From Octopus vulgaris (taxonomy: Eukaryota), in assembly GCA_951406725.2 (NCBI GenBank), contig OX597814.1, positions 203,484,001-203,548,000 on the forward strand: a stretch of DNA of 64,000 nt, read 5' to 3'. Under the pieces are notes generated by a model that ran no database searches, had not been told where the DNA came from, and saw nothing but the letters and a program-made list of their open reading frames with translations. Shown here in pieces: positions 25,680-40,347 of this stretch. Every line of letters starts with the position of its first letter. Within the stretch, counting starts at the first letter, position 1. Position numbers and translations under genes: made by a program.

Positions 25680-26524
25680 ATGTGCACGCTTGTATATGTG
25701 TATCGTATGTATGTATATGTGTATAGAAATGCATGGGTACAGTAGGAATATACGCATGTATTATGTGTGTGTGTGTGTATGTATGCATGTAAAAATATAT
25801 ATATGTATATATATTTGCATATATGTATATATATATATATATGTATGTGCTTGTATGTGTGTGTGTGTGTATATATGTATATGTGTTTGTATGTATATGT
25901 GTATATACGTATATGCATATGTATGTGTAAATGTATGTGTTCATGTATGTGTATGTATGTATAAAATATTATATAATTAGGGCTTAGTAAAATAAAATAA
26001 ATTACTTTGCCACATACTAAACTTTCTAGAAATAGCAGCCAATAAAGTCTTTTAGCCTCTTCCACTACTTAGAGAATTTTTTTCCCTCTAACATTGTTTA
26101 CTCAAAATAATAATGGTCCCTTTACATACTGAATACTTGGTGAAATTGATTAATAACTAATTAACTTTACCCTCCCTTGTTGATATATATATATATGTAT
26201 ATGTGTACATGTATGTATATATGTGTGTGTGTGTATGTGTGTATGTATGTATTTGTATATGTGTGTGTGTATATGTATGTGCGCGCGTGTGTGTGTATGT
26301 ATGTGTATGTATATTTGTATATGTATATGCATGTATATATATGTGTGTGTATATGTGTATTATGTATGTATTTATATAGATATGTAATTTATATATATAT
26401 GTATGTATATGCATCTGTCTGTGTGTGTGTATGTGTATATATGTGTATCATTATTGCGTATGTATACATGTATATGTGTATATGTATGTATGTGTGTGTG
26501 TGTGTGTATATATATATATGTATA

Positions 26525-26569
<45 letters not shown>

Positions 26570-26652
26570 ATGTACATGTATATATATGTGTGTGTATATG
26601 TATATATGTTTATATGTGAGTATGTAGAGATATAAGTATATGCATGTGTATA

Positions 26653-26685
<33 letters not shown>

Positions 26686-26854
26686 GTATGGGTATGTGTA
26701 TCAGTGTATATGTATATATGTATGTGTGTGTGTATGTATATGTATGTATATGTGTATATATGTATGTGTATATGTGTATATATGTGTATATATATATATA
26801 TGTACGTATGTGTATGTGTATGTATATGTATGTGTGTATGTATGTGTATGTGTA

Positions 26855-26916
<62 letters not shown>

Positions 26917-27405
26917 TGCGCGTGTGTGTATGTATGCATATATGTATGTATGCATGTATATGTGTATGTATATATGTGTGTAAGTGTGTGCATATATGTA
27001 TATGTAAGTATGTGTGCGTGTATGAGTATGTATGTATGCTTGCACACGTGTATATATGTGTGTGTGTGTATATATATGGATGCGGGTGCGTGTGTGCACG
27101 TGTATGGGTACGCATGTATATGTGTATGTGCGTGTATGTGTATGTATGCATATATGTATGTATGCATGTATATGTGTATGTATATATGTGTGTAAGTGTG
27201 TGCATATATTTGTATATGTAAGTATGTGTGCGTGTATGAGTATGTATGTATGCTTGCACACGTGTATATATGTGTGTGTGTGTATATATATGGATGCACG
27301 TGCGTGTGTGCACGTGTATGGGTACGCATGTATATGTGTATGTGCGTGTATGCGTACACGTGTATGTATGTATGTGTGTGCGTATATTTGTATATGTATG
27401 TGTGA

Positions 27406-27444
<39 letters not shown>

Positions 27445-27650
27445 TGGGGGTGTGTGTATGCGTATAAATGCATGTAAGTATGGATGTATGGATGTATGTA
27501 TGTATGTATACGTATGTATGTGTTTGTGTGTATATGTATGTATGTGTGTGTATGTGTGTATATATATATATATGTGTGTATATATGTTTGTGTATGTATA
27601 TATATGTGTATGTATGTGAGTGTATATATATGTGTGTGTGTGTATGTATG

Positions 27651-27716
<66 letters not shown>

Positions 27717-27759
27717 GGTATGTATCTGTATGTAGGAGTATATGTGTGTGTGTGTATGT

Positions 27760-27791
<32 letters not shown>

Positions 27792-28111
27792 TTATTGGTG
27801 TATATGTATAGACTAGCCTCCTAAAGTGTAGACACGAATCTGTAGGTACGAGTACGTATGTGTATATACGTGAACGTATGTAGATGTTTGTATGTATGAA
27901 TATAACGCGTGCGTACGTGTATGTGTATGAGTGTACGAATGGGTGAATGTACGTGCTAATGAGTGTGCGTGCGGGAATGAGTACTTGCCTTCTAGTAGAC
28001 AGACAAATGGACATGCTGCCATAGCCAGGATCCTTAGCTCTAGCGATCAAAGATAACAAAAGTAATAAATGAAGATAATAAAATTAAAATTAGGGAATGG
28101 GCCTGTATTGG

Positions 28112-28156
<45 letters not shown>

Positions 28157-28261
28157 GTGTATGTGTAGGTATGTATAGGTACACATGTGTATGTGTGTGT
28201 GTATGTATATGTGTATATGTATGTATGTGCACACATGTATATATATGTATGCGTGTATATG

Positions 28262-28296
<35 letters not shown>

Positions 28297-28600
28297 GTAC
28301 ATATGTGTATGTGGGTGTATGTGTATATATAGGTGTAAATATGTGTATATAGGGAACTAGGTGTGTTGTGTGTGCATGAGTGTATGTGCGTATGAATATA
28401 TATTTTTCTGTGTATATATGTATGTGTGGTCGTGTGTATATATATACATGTGTGTATGCGTGCATGCATGGGAGTGAGTGTATGCATATATACGTGTGTG
28501 TATGTGTAGACAGGTATATGCATGTGCATGTGTATAAATTTGTATATGTGGGCGGGTGTATGTATGTGTGTATGTAGATATGTATGTATATGTGTATATA

Positions 28601-28642
<42 letters not shown>

Positions 28643-28690
28643 TATATATATATGTGTGTAGATACGTATACATGTGTGTATAGGTACAAG
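25680..28690 (+). repeat. ~3-kb degenerate (TATG/TG/TA)n field with unique islands and a ~210-bp internal tandem duplication
   Basis: Direct reading. Islands at ~25975-26180 and ~27810-28110; duplicated block at ~26920-27345. Confidence 0.9.
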
Positions 28691-29011
28691 TGAGAATCTC
28701 CTTATTTACCTATAACTCTATCCCCCCTTTTTTTATATATATATATTTTTTTTATATATATATTTTTTATATATATTTTTTATTTTTTATATTTTTTTAT
28801 TTTTTTTTTTATTTTTTTTATTTTTTTATTTTTTTTTATTTTATTATTTTATTTTTTTATTTATCTATTCTTTCATCTAACTTACCACTGACTCCTTGAC
28901 CACTCCCCCAAGTATGATATTTTGCGCTATGCCTACCCCCAAAAAAGTCCCCCACCACCACTCCTTTAAACCTGCCTAAATGTATAAATGCTAATACAAT
29001 TCTTGTTAAAT

Positions 29012-29062
29012 AGCTTCCTGAAGATTTCTCTTGAATGAAACAGTACTAGTCCTGTAGAAGCT
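29012..29062 (+). ncRNA. Type I hammerhead ribozyme with GUA site
   Basis: Stem I AGCTTC/GAAGCT; CTGAAGA 29018-29024; stem II TTC/GAA with a T.T at its base; GAAA 29037-29040; stem III ACAG/CTGT enclosing an ACTAGT palindrome; predicted cleavage after A29056. Confidence 0.8.
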
Positions 29063-29076
29063 CCTTCTATATAATA

Positions 29077-29224
<148 letters not shown>

Positions 29225-30346
29225 ATTAGAGATAAAACCACTAATTTTTCCCTGTAAGTTTGGATATACTCCCTAATATTATTATTATTATATATATATA
29301 TATATATATATGTTTGCGTATGTGTGTGTGTAAGTCATCTAAGCGTCCATATATAAGTATATATGTCTGCGTATATATTTCCAAGGTTCCACTAACTATG
29401 AAACACACACACACACACATGTTATTGAAAATATATGAATGGAAAAAAATTGAAAAGAAGTAAGGTGCCTATTTGACACATCCATCTGGACATTACTGAA
29501 TAGCGTCAGTATTTTCACCCTCATTTTGAAATCACGATGATCCAAAAGAAAACTCAAATTAATTGAAACATAGTTAGCTAGTTAGAAATGCTGTTACACA
29601 AGGGTTAAGATATGGCGGAATCTCTTTGTGAAATGATATTATGACTGCATAGCAGTATAAAGTAGTTTGGTTTCTGTTACAAAGTGATTCTTCTTCACAA
29701 CAGGCTAGCACATAGAGAGTTTGTTTTAATGCTTAGCTCACTTCATGTCATCTAAATGTGATAGAATAAGTGAAGCAAAACATTAGCAGCATGCCATGGC
29801 CATGCTTCACTAATAGCATGTAGTCTTTAAGATTGTTAATGTAGACTGCTTTTTTGTTTTCTCAGTACAGGCTTTTACAAAGAAAAACTTAAAAGCATTG
29901 ACAGATATAGGTATTCCACTGTGTGTGGTGTGTAGAATTATATATATATATATATATATTAGATACGTGTTTGTATATATACTAAAAAAAAGGTTTTGAA
30001 GAACTAAAGATGTACACAAAACTGCCAGATGTAATGTTTTTGACTGCTTCCTGTTGAGGCCAGTAAATTTATCGGTAAGTAATGTTAGACAGAACTTAAA
30101 AGAGTAATATCAGTATTAAGTTATCAATAAATAAGGATAACAGTTTTATACACAGTTAGTGCAAGCATGTCTACTGTTAAGAAGCTAGCTTCCCAACCAT
30201 ATAGTCTTGGGTTCAGTCACATTTTATGGCACCTTCTGAAATTTCTTCACTTATAACCCCAGGTCAACCAAGGACCTTTCTAGCCAAGTCAGCATGGCAA
30301 ACATACTGGGTTGGATTTGGTTGAGAGAATCTGGAAGAAGCCTGTC

Positions 30347-30413
<67 letters not shown>

Positions 30414-30977
30414 CATCATCAACATTATCATCTTCGTCGTCGTCATTGTCATCATCATCATCATCATCATCATTTACCATCCAATTTCCATGATGGCATG
30501 GGTTGGATGGTTTGACAAGAGCTGGCAAGGCCAACAACTGCACCAGGTTCCTGTAGTCTGTTTATATATAATATATGTATACATATATATATATATATAT
30601 ATAAAAAGGTAAAGAATTATTAATTTAATAATAAATAAATTTTACCAAGTAGTTTCAGTATGGAAAGAGAACCATTATCGGTAGGAACTTTTATAAAAAG
30701 TTTCTTTATATATAAATATAATTAAGGGTTAAGCAGCAAGTTGCTTCACCACATACCGAAAATTTAGAAATAGCAGCCAAAGACAGCTCATTCCTTTTTG
30801 CTACAGATATTACTCCACAGATAACAATATTTGTAACTCACATAGGCAAAAAGAAGACAAATAACGAAATCAAACAGTCTTTGATTAATTATGGATGCGT
30901 TTCTGTGTTAGAATTATACAAATTCATTGCCATCCTCTGCACAAAATTTTGATAATTCATTATATATATATATATCT

Positions 30978-31350
30978 AAGCACTATCCGAATTGTGGCCG
31001 ATGCCAGCGCCGCCTCGACTGGCTTCCGTGTCGGTGGCACGTAAAAAGCACCATCCGAATCGTGACCGAAGCCAGTGCCGCCTCGACTGGCTTCTGTGCC
31101 GGTGGCACGTAAAATGCACCAATCCGACCGTGGCTGATGCCAGCCTCGCCTGGCACCAGTGCAGGTGGCACGTAAAAAGCACCCACTACACTCACGGAGT
31201 GGTTGGCGTTAGGAAGGGCATCCAGCTGTAGAAACATTGCCAGATAAGACCGGAGCCTGATGCAGCCTTCTGGCTTCCCAGATCCCCGGTCGAATCGTTC
31301 AACCCATGCTAGCATGGAGAACGGACGTTAAACGATGATGACGATGATGA
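30978..31350 (+). mobile_element. Family C RTE-related element with (GAT)n tail
   Basis: Reverse complement of 23884-24258. Confidence 0.85.
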
Positions 31351-31489
31351 TGATATATTAGAAGATTTGGAGATGATGTACATTTATTATATATTACAAG
31401 AAATGAGGTACTCAGAAATCTGGATGATTTTATATTTACAGATATTTATTAATATGTCACATGCTTTTATAAATCATATATTAGCGCTT

Positions 31490-32200
31490 GCGTCTACACA
31501 TACCTAACACTCACAACCCCACACATACATGTATATACACCCACATACTCATGCACACACAACTACATGCACATACACATGTACACATACACACACATGC
31601 ACATGCATGCAGACGCAAAAAACGCACCTATACCCCCTACACAACCCCTCATTCACACACACAAAATACACACGTACATACACACACACATGTACACAAG
31701 CACATACACTCACACGCACACACGTATATACACACACACACACACGCACACGCAAATGAACCCACACATACCTTCCAGACACACACAGCATAATTCATAC
31801 ATACACGCACACAATTATACATGCATGTACACACACACACGCACATCCAAGCACACACGCACACATACACAGAGTAAAGTACAGTTACTCCACACATGCA
31901 TCCCCACGCATACACACATACACACATGTACACACACATACATACATACACACACATACACTGCAAACAAATCACACACACACTACATATACATACACGC
32001 ACACACACACATACTTCAAACTAACTGTACCTTCTACTGACCATTCTCCTCCACACATGTGTCGGTAGACACACAACAGGAGCCACTCCTACCAAAATTA
32101 CTATAAATTCTTCCTATGACCTTAAAGGATACTAAGCCCAACCACACACATAGATAAACAGCCACAACCACACACACACAGACCTTCGTGCACGCACGTA
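31490..32200 (+). repeat. Degenerate (CA/CATA)n field upstream of an HHR-bearing repeat
   Basis: Direct reading. Confidence 0.85.
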
Positions 32201-32340
32201 CCCACACATACCTATTTCTCTTGCACTCTCTTGTCTTTGGAAGAACTTTTTCTTCACCCATTCCCTTCTGGTCATTTCAATATGTGACTGCGTTGTTGGC
32301 AATTTTCTCTCTCCATCTTCCTTTCTTTGGACTTTTCTAT

Positions 32341-32375
32341 ATTTCTGACGAAGAGCTCCGCTCGAAATGTGAAAT
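32341..32375 (+). ncRNA. Minimal type I hammerhead motif with an extra A (site mutated to GUG)
   Basis: ATTT-CTGACGA-A-GAGC(TCC)GCTC-GAA-ATGT-G-AAAT, within a repeat shared with 33585-33787. Confidence 0.65.
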
Positions 32376-32504
32376 CCTCCTTCTTTCTTTCCTTTCCTGG
32401 GCGTCCAATAACACTGTACTTATTCCACATCCTCACGTTGTTGCTTTTTCTTGCTTGTTCATGTTTGGATTAACTATATATGTATGTATGTGTATATATG
32501 TGTC

Positions 32505-32539
<35 letters not shown>

Positions 32540-33659
32540 ATATGTGAGCTAGCATGTTTTGTATGTTTATATGTGAGCTAGCATGATCTCCCCCACCTCC
32601 CCTCCCAAATCAATATAAAAAAGTACATTTCTATCAACAAACATTCCAAAACTAACATTGTTTTTTTTTTCTTTCTGCTATCATCTCCTTTTTATCACAA
32701 GACATGTATCTTACACCTCATTAACAACACCTCACCCCAGACACACACATAAACTCATCTTTAACATAGAAAATTACTGAAGCTTCTCTTTATAAAATTA
32801 AGATAGCTGATTCAGCCATAAGAAAAGAATTTGAAAAACATCTGACCATTATATTTTTCCCCAAAGGTCAACTATCCAAATGGAACCAGTAGGAGGGCAC
32901 TTTCACAAGCCCTTCATAAAACACTTCATAAACACCCCACCATCTCCTAACTCCACTCTCAATCAATTATCTTGTTTTCACCATTCACTATTTTCTTTCA
33001 GTTCTTGTTCATCAAGAACTCCTTCACTCCCACATTTATTAACAAACCCCAATCCCACCCCAGATACATTCAAATGTCTTATATATAAAATCACACAGCA
33101 CAACACAACCTGAGATCAATTTGACAATCGTCACCAATGAATGTGAGAAAGTTCTCCAGAAAAGTTAACAAGGAATCTTTAAAAAATCTCCCTATGGAAG
33201 TTAACAAAGAATTTAATAGATCTACTAACCAAACTGTAAAATTATATCATTAAAAAATTAAATTGACAAGAACTACCAGTGAGCTCATTCTTTTCCTTTT
33301 CCTTATATATATATATAAATTTAAATTTAAAACGAGGGTGAGAAATTAGATATTAATTTAATTAACATCGATTTCACACCAGTGGTCTAGCATATAAAAA
33401 AACTGAAGGTTCAGTAAAATTGTATTATATGGATATTTTTATTGCTTTTTCTTTTGTCTTGCTCGATTATGTTTTGGTTGTTTTGGTAAATTTTTCTTGA
33501 GAACATTTCTTAGTGGTAAGACCATAGCAGATCTATTTCTAGCATAAGGGTGTCCACACAGTGGTTTCCCTCTAATATGTATATATATGTGACCTCGTGT
33601 GTACTGTTGGCGATTTTTTTTCCTATGTTTTCCCTTCTCTGGATCTTTCCTTCTCTTAT

Positions 33660-33694
33660 GTTTCCGACGAAGAGCTCCGCTCGAAACGTTAAAC
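33660..33694 (+). ncRNA. Minimal type I hammerhead motif with an extra A
   Basis: GTTT-CCGACGA-A-GAGC(TCC)GCTC-GAA-ACGT-T-AAAC; palindromic ACGT stem III; the element ends in (TA)n. Confidence 0.7.
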
Positions 33695-33782
33695 CCTCCT
33701 TCTTTCCTGAGCGTCCAATAATACTATATTTGTTCCACATCCTCGCGTTGTTGTGTTTTTTTGTGCTTTCTTGTTTGGATTA

Positions 33783-33817
<35 letters not shown>

Positions 33818-35164
33818 CATATCAGGGAAATATATATATTTGTATACTCATTTCCATTCAGACTTTTCTTGCTATTTTAATTTGTACCAGTGAACATGTG
33901 TAATAGCATTTACAGCCTGCCATTAATTTGTGTATATGTGCAAGAGTTTATATAAGTAATTGTATGGTTGTGTATGTTTATGCATATGTGTAACACCACC
34001 CACATAAATTTCTCGTTTATAAGTGTGTTTACTGTTTAAATATTTTCTTTTACACTGTACACAATAACTAATATTAATTCTTACCAAGAAAGCTGAAAGA
34101 ACTATTTTTGTTTAAGATATAAGATACAAATATAAAGGTTATTTTACATCCCAATTTCTAGTTGGTTGATTATACACTTTAAAGGATTATATCTCTGTTT
34201 TAATTTCTTTTTCTTGGTTTATTTATAGACATTTTCCACATCTGGTTTTCATTACAAGTAAATGTTGACTAATTGTGGGAATTAGTACATTTGTTTGAGT
34301 TGTTCATGCATATTATATTTTTCTGTTAGATAATTATCCTAATGTTAAAAAATCAAAGCTAAACCAACCATTGGTAGTGACTATTTTCAGTTTGGATTTC
34401 ACTGAAACAAAAACAAAAAAAAAAAAAACCTCAAAGTCTATTTGAAATCCTAACCTTTGTGTTAAGAAACAAGTACTTGTAGCACTTTTAACTACTGAGC
34501 TACTCTTGTGGACACAGTATAAATGATTGGTTAGAAATGTATGCTTCACAATCACTAAGTCCCCAGTTTGATCATATTGCATGGCATTTTGGGCAAGCGT
34601 CTTTTATCATTCTTTTGTAGTGCCCGAAACCTTGTAAGTGAAATTGGGTTGGTAGAAACTATGTGGAAGCCCATTAGGTGAATTGCACCTGTAATTTAAA
34701 GATAAACCTTATTACACACTGTATCCCACTGATTCTACCTGGGGATTATGTTAGTGGTTTGTAGAGTATTCAGATATTTATCTATACAGGGACTCTGAGA
34801 GAAATTCGACAAAGTGGAACAAAAGTGCCTTTCAGGTCCTGGAAGGTTGAGTTGTGTGTGATATTTTAGGGAAGGTTCCTGCAGATAACTATGGTTCTCC
34901 TTCTTGGATCTCTGGACCTCACACTGATATACCAGCTGACCCCTACTGTTATAGGTCTCACACTTCAATGCTAATTCAAAGAGCAAGTAATTCAGTTGAT
35001 TGAACAACTGAAACCTCATCACTAAAACTAACAAAGAACTATTTCTTTTTTTGAGTGTGTATGCAGCAAATAGCATGAAACCTTAATATCAATATTTCTT
35101 AGGGTCAATCCTATTGAATAAAAGGAAAAATTTGATCAAATGTTTCTTGTAACTGTAATGTACA

Positions 35165-35575
35165 GGCGCCGGAGTGGCTGTATGGTAAGTAGCTTGCTAA
35201 CCAACCACATGGTTCCGGGTTCAGTCCCACTGCGTGGCATCTTGGGCAAGTGACTTCTGCTATAGCCCCGGGCCGACCAATGCCTTGTGAGTGGATTTGG
35301 TAGACGGAAACTGAAAGAAGCCTGTCGTATGTATGTATATATATATATGTGTGTGTTTGTGTGTCTGTGTTTGTCCCCCTAGCATTGCTTGACAACCGAT
35401 GCTGGTGTGTTTATGTCCCCGTCACTTAGCGGTTCAGCAAAAGAGACCGATAGAATAAGTACTGGGCTTACAAAGAATAAGTCCTGGGGTCGATTTGGTT
35501 GACTAAAGGCGGTGCTCCAGCATGGCCGCAGTCAAATGACTGAAACAAGTAAAAGAGTAAAAGAGTAAAAGAGAG
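35165..35575 (+). mobile_element. Full-length tRNA-derived SINE (family A)
   Basis: A-box-like TGGCTGTATGGT, B-box-like GGTTCAGTCCC, CORE-like cttgggcaagtg, internal (TA/TG)n and (GTAAAAGA)n tail. Further full copies at 44407-44835 and 52658-53075. Confidence 0.9.
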
Positions 35576-35833
35576 AGTACCACCTTTTGCTTGAGCTGTT
35601 TCAGACGGTAGTTGTTGCTGTTATTATTTAATCCTGGGTCAAGACTGATTCAGCAGACACATGGTCAAAGGTATTCCAAACATAATCATCCAAAGTGTCC
35701 TATTTTTAGAATGATAGGATGATGAATTAGTGGAATTGTTTCAGTATTGGAGAGAATGCTAAGCAGCATTTGTTCTGCTTTCTGCAAAGCTTTGCTAAGC
35801 TGGAATTAATTAATTAGAGGTGCACTAAGCAGC

Positions 35834-36194
35834 ATTGATTGAAATATAGGTGTGTACAATTATATTTAATTTGTTTGGGTACTCTTATACCTGAAAAGAC
35901 CTTCAAAACAGAAATTGTCTCAGGAGAAGAATTCTTATAGACAATGTATATGAAAGCACTATTGGGCTGTTCTTAGTGGACTGCAAATGATGGATTTGGT
36001 GTCTCTAACTGATGAAGCATAACATGTCTCTAATGGTCCAATGACATCATTCATGGCCCATGGATGTGTTTTTTCATACATGTTGTCTATAAGGTGAATT
36101 TCTATCCTGAGGCAAATTCTGCTGCAAAGGTATTTCTATGTTTGTGTACATGAATATGCTACATATAATTGTACGCACATATATTTTAATCAAT
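35834..36194. repeat. Fold-back element with ~140-bp imperfect arms
   Basis: attgattgaaatat, gtgtgtacaattatat, cagaaattgtctcagga and cttatagacaa each have an inverted partner in 36052-36194. Confidence 0.85.
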
Positions 36195-37132
36195 ATTTTT
36201 TCCTACTGAGGTATCCATGTATCTACTTTACAGCAAGACACCAATATCTGTTTGCTCTATACTTTAAATCTCTCCAATGACACAAAGCCACTACCCCTCA
36301 ATACTACTCCCCCCCATTCCATTTGAGGGGGTTTTGTCTCGTAAAGTACTTGGTGACCCTGTTGGTGCTGATGCCAAGTAAAAAGTATTAGTGCTGGTGC
36401 CACATAAAAAGCACCCAGTACACTCTGTAGAATGGTTTGCATTCAGAAAGGCATGCAGTTGTAGAAACCATGTCAAAACAGACAATGGTATCTAATGTGG
36501 CTCCTGGCCTTGCCAGCTCCTGTCAAATCATCCAACCCTTGTCAGTATGGAAAATGGATGTTTGATGAAGATGATGATGATGTTGAAAGATGATGTTTAG
36601 AGTGCCTCCAGCTAATTAATTGAAGCAAAATTTAAATCTACTTAACTCAAAATTTAATTGCTTGTGTACACATCTATAAAGCCGTTTTTGTATTCGTCAA
36701 ACATTTTAAAAACTTAAGTTATTAACATATTTTATTCATTTTATCATAAGGCTCAGATTGCTTTGCTTTTTAATAAGAAAATTCTTTATTTAAATTATCT
36801 CATCTCAGTTTTTCTCAGATTGCAATAAATGAGTTATAATAAGGAAGTATTTTGAAAAGAGTATTCCCCAAATAATGAAAATTATTATTTTGCTCAAAGT
36901 AAGGATGTGAAAATGCTATCAAAATAACTTCTGCTAAATATCTTGTCAACTTTTCACAAAAACATTTCTGTTTAATATTAAGGATGAAATGAGTCAAAAG
37001 ACACCCACTCCCCCCATTTTTTTCCCCATATTGACAGTTAAAAGAATTTTGACAGTTTGCAGATTCCATGTAATAAAAAATGTTTTTTCATGTATTTTAC
37101 AGCAGGATTCACAAAAAATAAAATGGCATGGA

Positions 37133-37280
<148 letters not shown>

Positions 37281-37534
37281 CATGTGCAAATTCAAGCAGA
37301 TACAAAAGCATAAACATGAACTCTCACACACATCCAAGCACATTCATAAAAAATGTACTCATATTTAACACAGAAACCCAGACACACAAACACATGAATA
37401 TAAACTGACAACACATAGAAACACATACATGCAAGCACACACATACACATCTGCAAATGTATATACAAACTTACACACACACTTTCTCCCTCCCTCTCTC
37501 AATAAATAATGTGCTATCATTTAGAAATATTAAA

Positions 37535-37822
37535 ATATTAAAAGTAACATGGAAGATACAGGATAGAAGGATGAGGCTAGCTGGACACTGCATCAGACAC
37601 ACTGATGAAATTGCTAACAAGCTAGTGCTCTGGCAACCAATGGAAGTGAGAACCAGGAGAGGAAGGAGGAAGATGACCTATATCGACGACTTGCTGGAAG
37701 ATACTGGTATGGAAGGGGTACAGAAGCTGAGGACCATTACGGAAGATCGAGATGAATGGGGGAAACATGTGGAAGCAGTCTTGGGGCATCCTGTGGGACG
37801 ACCAAGATAGATAGATAGAGAG
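37535..37822 (+). mobile_element. RTE-group LINE 3' end with (AGAT)n tail
   Basis: IQDRRMRLAGHCIRH...LVLWQP...RGRRKMTYID...EDRDEW is a typical RTE ORF C-terminus; the stop overlaps a short GATA tail. Confidence 0.85.
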
Positions 37823-40259
37823 ATTAATTCCTGATGAATTATATGTTGTTAATTAAAGACAGTGTATATATGCATAAGTGTATATTTATGTATGTATAGA
37901 TATCTGTACTAAGTTTTAAGCAGAGACTTGAAGTTTTGTAGAAAATATTTACAATAGATGCCTTGCAGTGGAACTGAACCGGAAGCCATATGATTGCATA
38001 GTGAAATACTTAACAATGCAACCCAACAATGCTTGCTCCTGTACATACATAATACATACATACATACATACATACATACATACATACAGACATACATACA
38101 TAAAGAGAGAGAGAGAGAGAGAAAAGAAAGAGTGATGGAGATAGAGTGTGTATGTGTGCAAGTGCACACGTGTGTGTGTATATGTTTTAAACTACAAACC
38201 CCTATAAAATGATGCATGTTTCTTGGAGACATGATTATATGGGAAGGTTAGCCACACTGGGGTCGATGTAATCGACAAGTCCTCTCCCCCACAATTTCAG
38301 GCCTTGTGCCTTTAGTAGAAAGGATTATATCTTTACTCAGAGTTCACTTCAAGCAGGGATTTTACACTTCCTTACCATCAACCTATGATAAACACCATTA
38401 TATGCATCCTCACTATATGAATATATATGTATAACTCTGCTTTTAGAACACCGTGTATGTCTACGTTAACCCTTTAATAACAACCCATCCAAGACTGCCC
38501 TGGTTTTTATGAAATGAAAGTGTTGTTTTAACATGATCTAAATAAAAATCTTCTATCAAAATTCTATGTTAATTTATGTTCCAAACATCAGTTTTGCAAC
38601 TACAAGTTTTCTTTACTTCATTATGTTCAAAATTAATTGAAACAAAGGTAGTGTATTTTAAGAGAAAATTGGAACAGTTAATCAACTACACAAATTTTCT
38701 TCATTAAACAACTTTAATTCATACCAAGCCATTAACCAAATTAACCATAAACAGATATTTTTGTCGATGTGATTGGCACTACCCACTATCTTCCCCAGAT
38801 TAGGGAGGAATCACATCCTTCAAGAAGACCAAGAACTATGGCAGAAAATAAATATTCTAGAACAATGAAAGTAATATGAAATATTGGGTGGCAAGCTGGC
38901 CGAATCATTAGCATGCAGGGCAAAATGCTTAGTCGCATTTTGGCTGCCTGTGTTCTGAGTTCAAATTCTGATTAGGTCGACTTTGCCTTTCATCCTTCTG
39001 GGGTTGATGTAATCAACTTACCACTTCCACTCCACGCCTGAACTTGCTAGCCTTGTGGCAAAAGATTCAAAACTTGTGCGAAATATTAGGATGGCATGGT
39101 TGATAAGATGCTTGCCAAACATACTCAAATGACACTGCATACTGTTTCCTGTTTTATCAGTTGGACTACATTGCACTTTTAAAGAATTTTATTTACCATA
39201 ATTTTATCTAAGCTTGTGACAAAATTCATTACTTTGTCACAAGTTCAGATGAGCTGGAAAGCATTATGATGAACACATCATCATCATCAACATCATTTAA
39301 CGTCCATTTTCCTGGTTGGCATAGGTTTGACAGGAGCTAGCAAATTGGAAGTTGTACCATGCCCCAATTGTCTGATTTGACATGGTTTCTACAGCTGAAT
39401 GTCCTTCCTAACACCAACTATTTTACAGAGTGTACTATGTGCTTCTTATGCGGAACAGGCATGGGAACTTTTTATGCAGTACCAACACAAGTGCTTTTTA
39501 CATGGCACCAGCATGGGTGCATTTTACCTGGCACTATTGTGGGTGTTTTTTATGTGAAACCTGTGGGGTCACTAAATATCTTGCAAGACAAGGACCTCTC
39601 ACCTGAGAGAGAGAGTGAAACTGAGAGAAGTGGCCATGTGTCAGGTGAAAAGTTGAAGTTTGATAGAAGGACAGGGATATCTGTCTTACTACAGAGAAGA
39701 TACTTGGCTACTCTAGCAGGACGAGGAAGGTGTGTGTGAGACTCAGAGATAATTAAAATTACTTATGCATACTCATACAGAGTGCAGTAGAAAAACCTCC
39801 CATATTTTACACAGTCAAAGGTGTGGCATTAGTAAAATTAGATAAATGGGAAAAGTATTTTCATATAACTTATTTTATTGCTCTTTTTTCAGCGACCATT
39901 ATGGTTTAAACTGGTACATACCACACCAAGTTTTTGTTATTAAAACATTTGTCAACCAGTACATAAAAAGGTCTTATAAAACTAATATTACTGACAGCGA
40001 TAGTATAATGCTGAAAAGAATGCTTCTTTACTGTACCTACTTTTGTTGTTGTTATTTTGTGCTTAACCTGGAGAGGAAAGTGCAGTGTATTGCCCGATAT
40101 GTGATTAAGAACTTTGCTTCCCAACCACATAGTTTCAGAAAGTCTCAGGTTCAGTCCCTTTGTGTGGCACCTTGTGCAAATGTCTTTTATGAAAGCCCTG
40201 GGCTGACCAAAGCTTTGTGAATGGATTTGGTAGATGGGGTCTGAAAGAAGCCAGTCATA

Positions 40260-40347
<88 letters not shown>

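Noticed and set aside
25634-28899. Many overlapping ORFs of up to 452 aa
   Set aside because: All derive from the TA/TG repeat field.
35165-35240. SINE heads as tRNA genes
   Set aside because: A and B boxes are present, but there is no complete cloverleaf and each continues into a SINE body.
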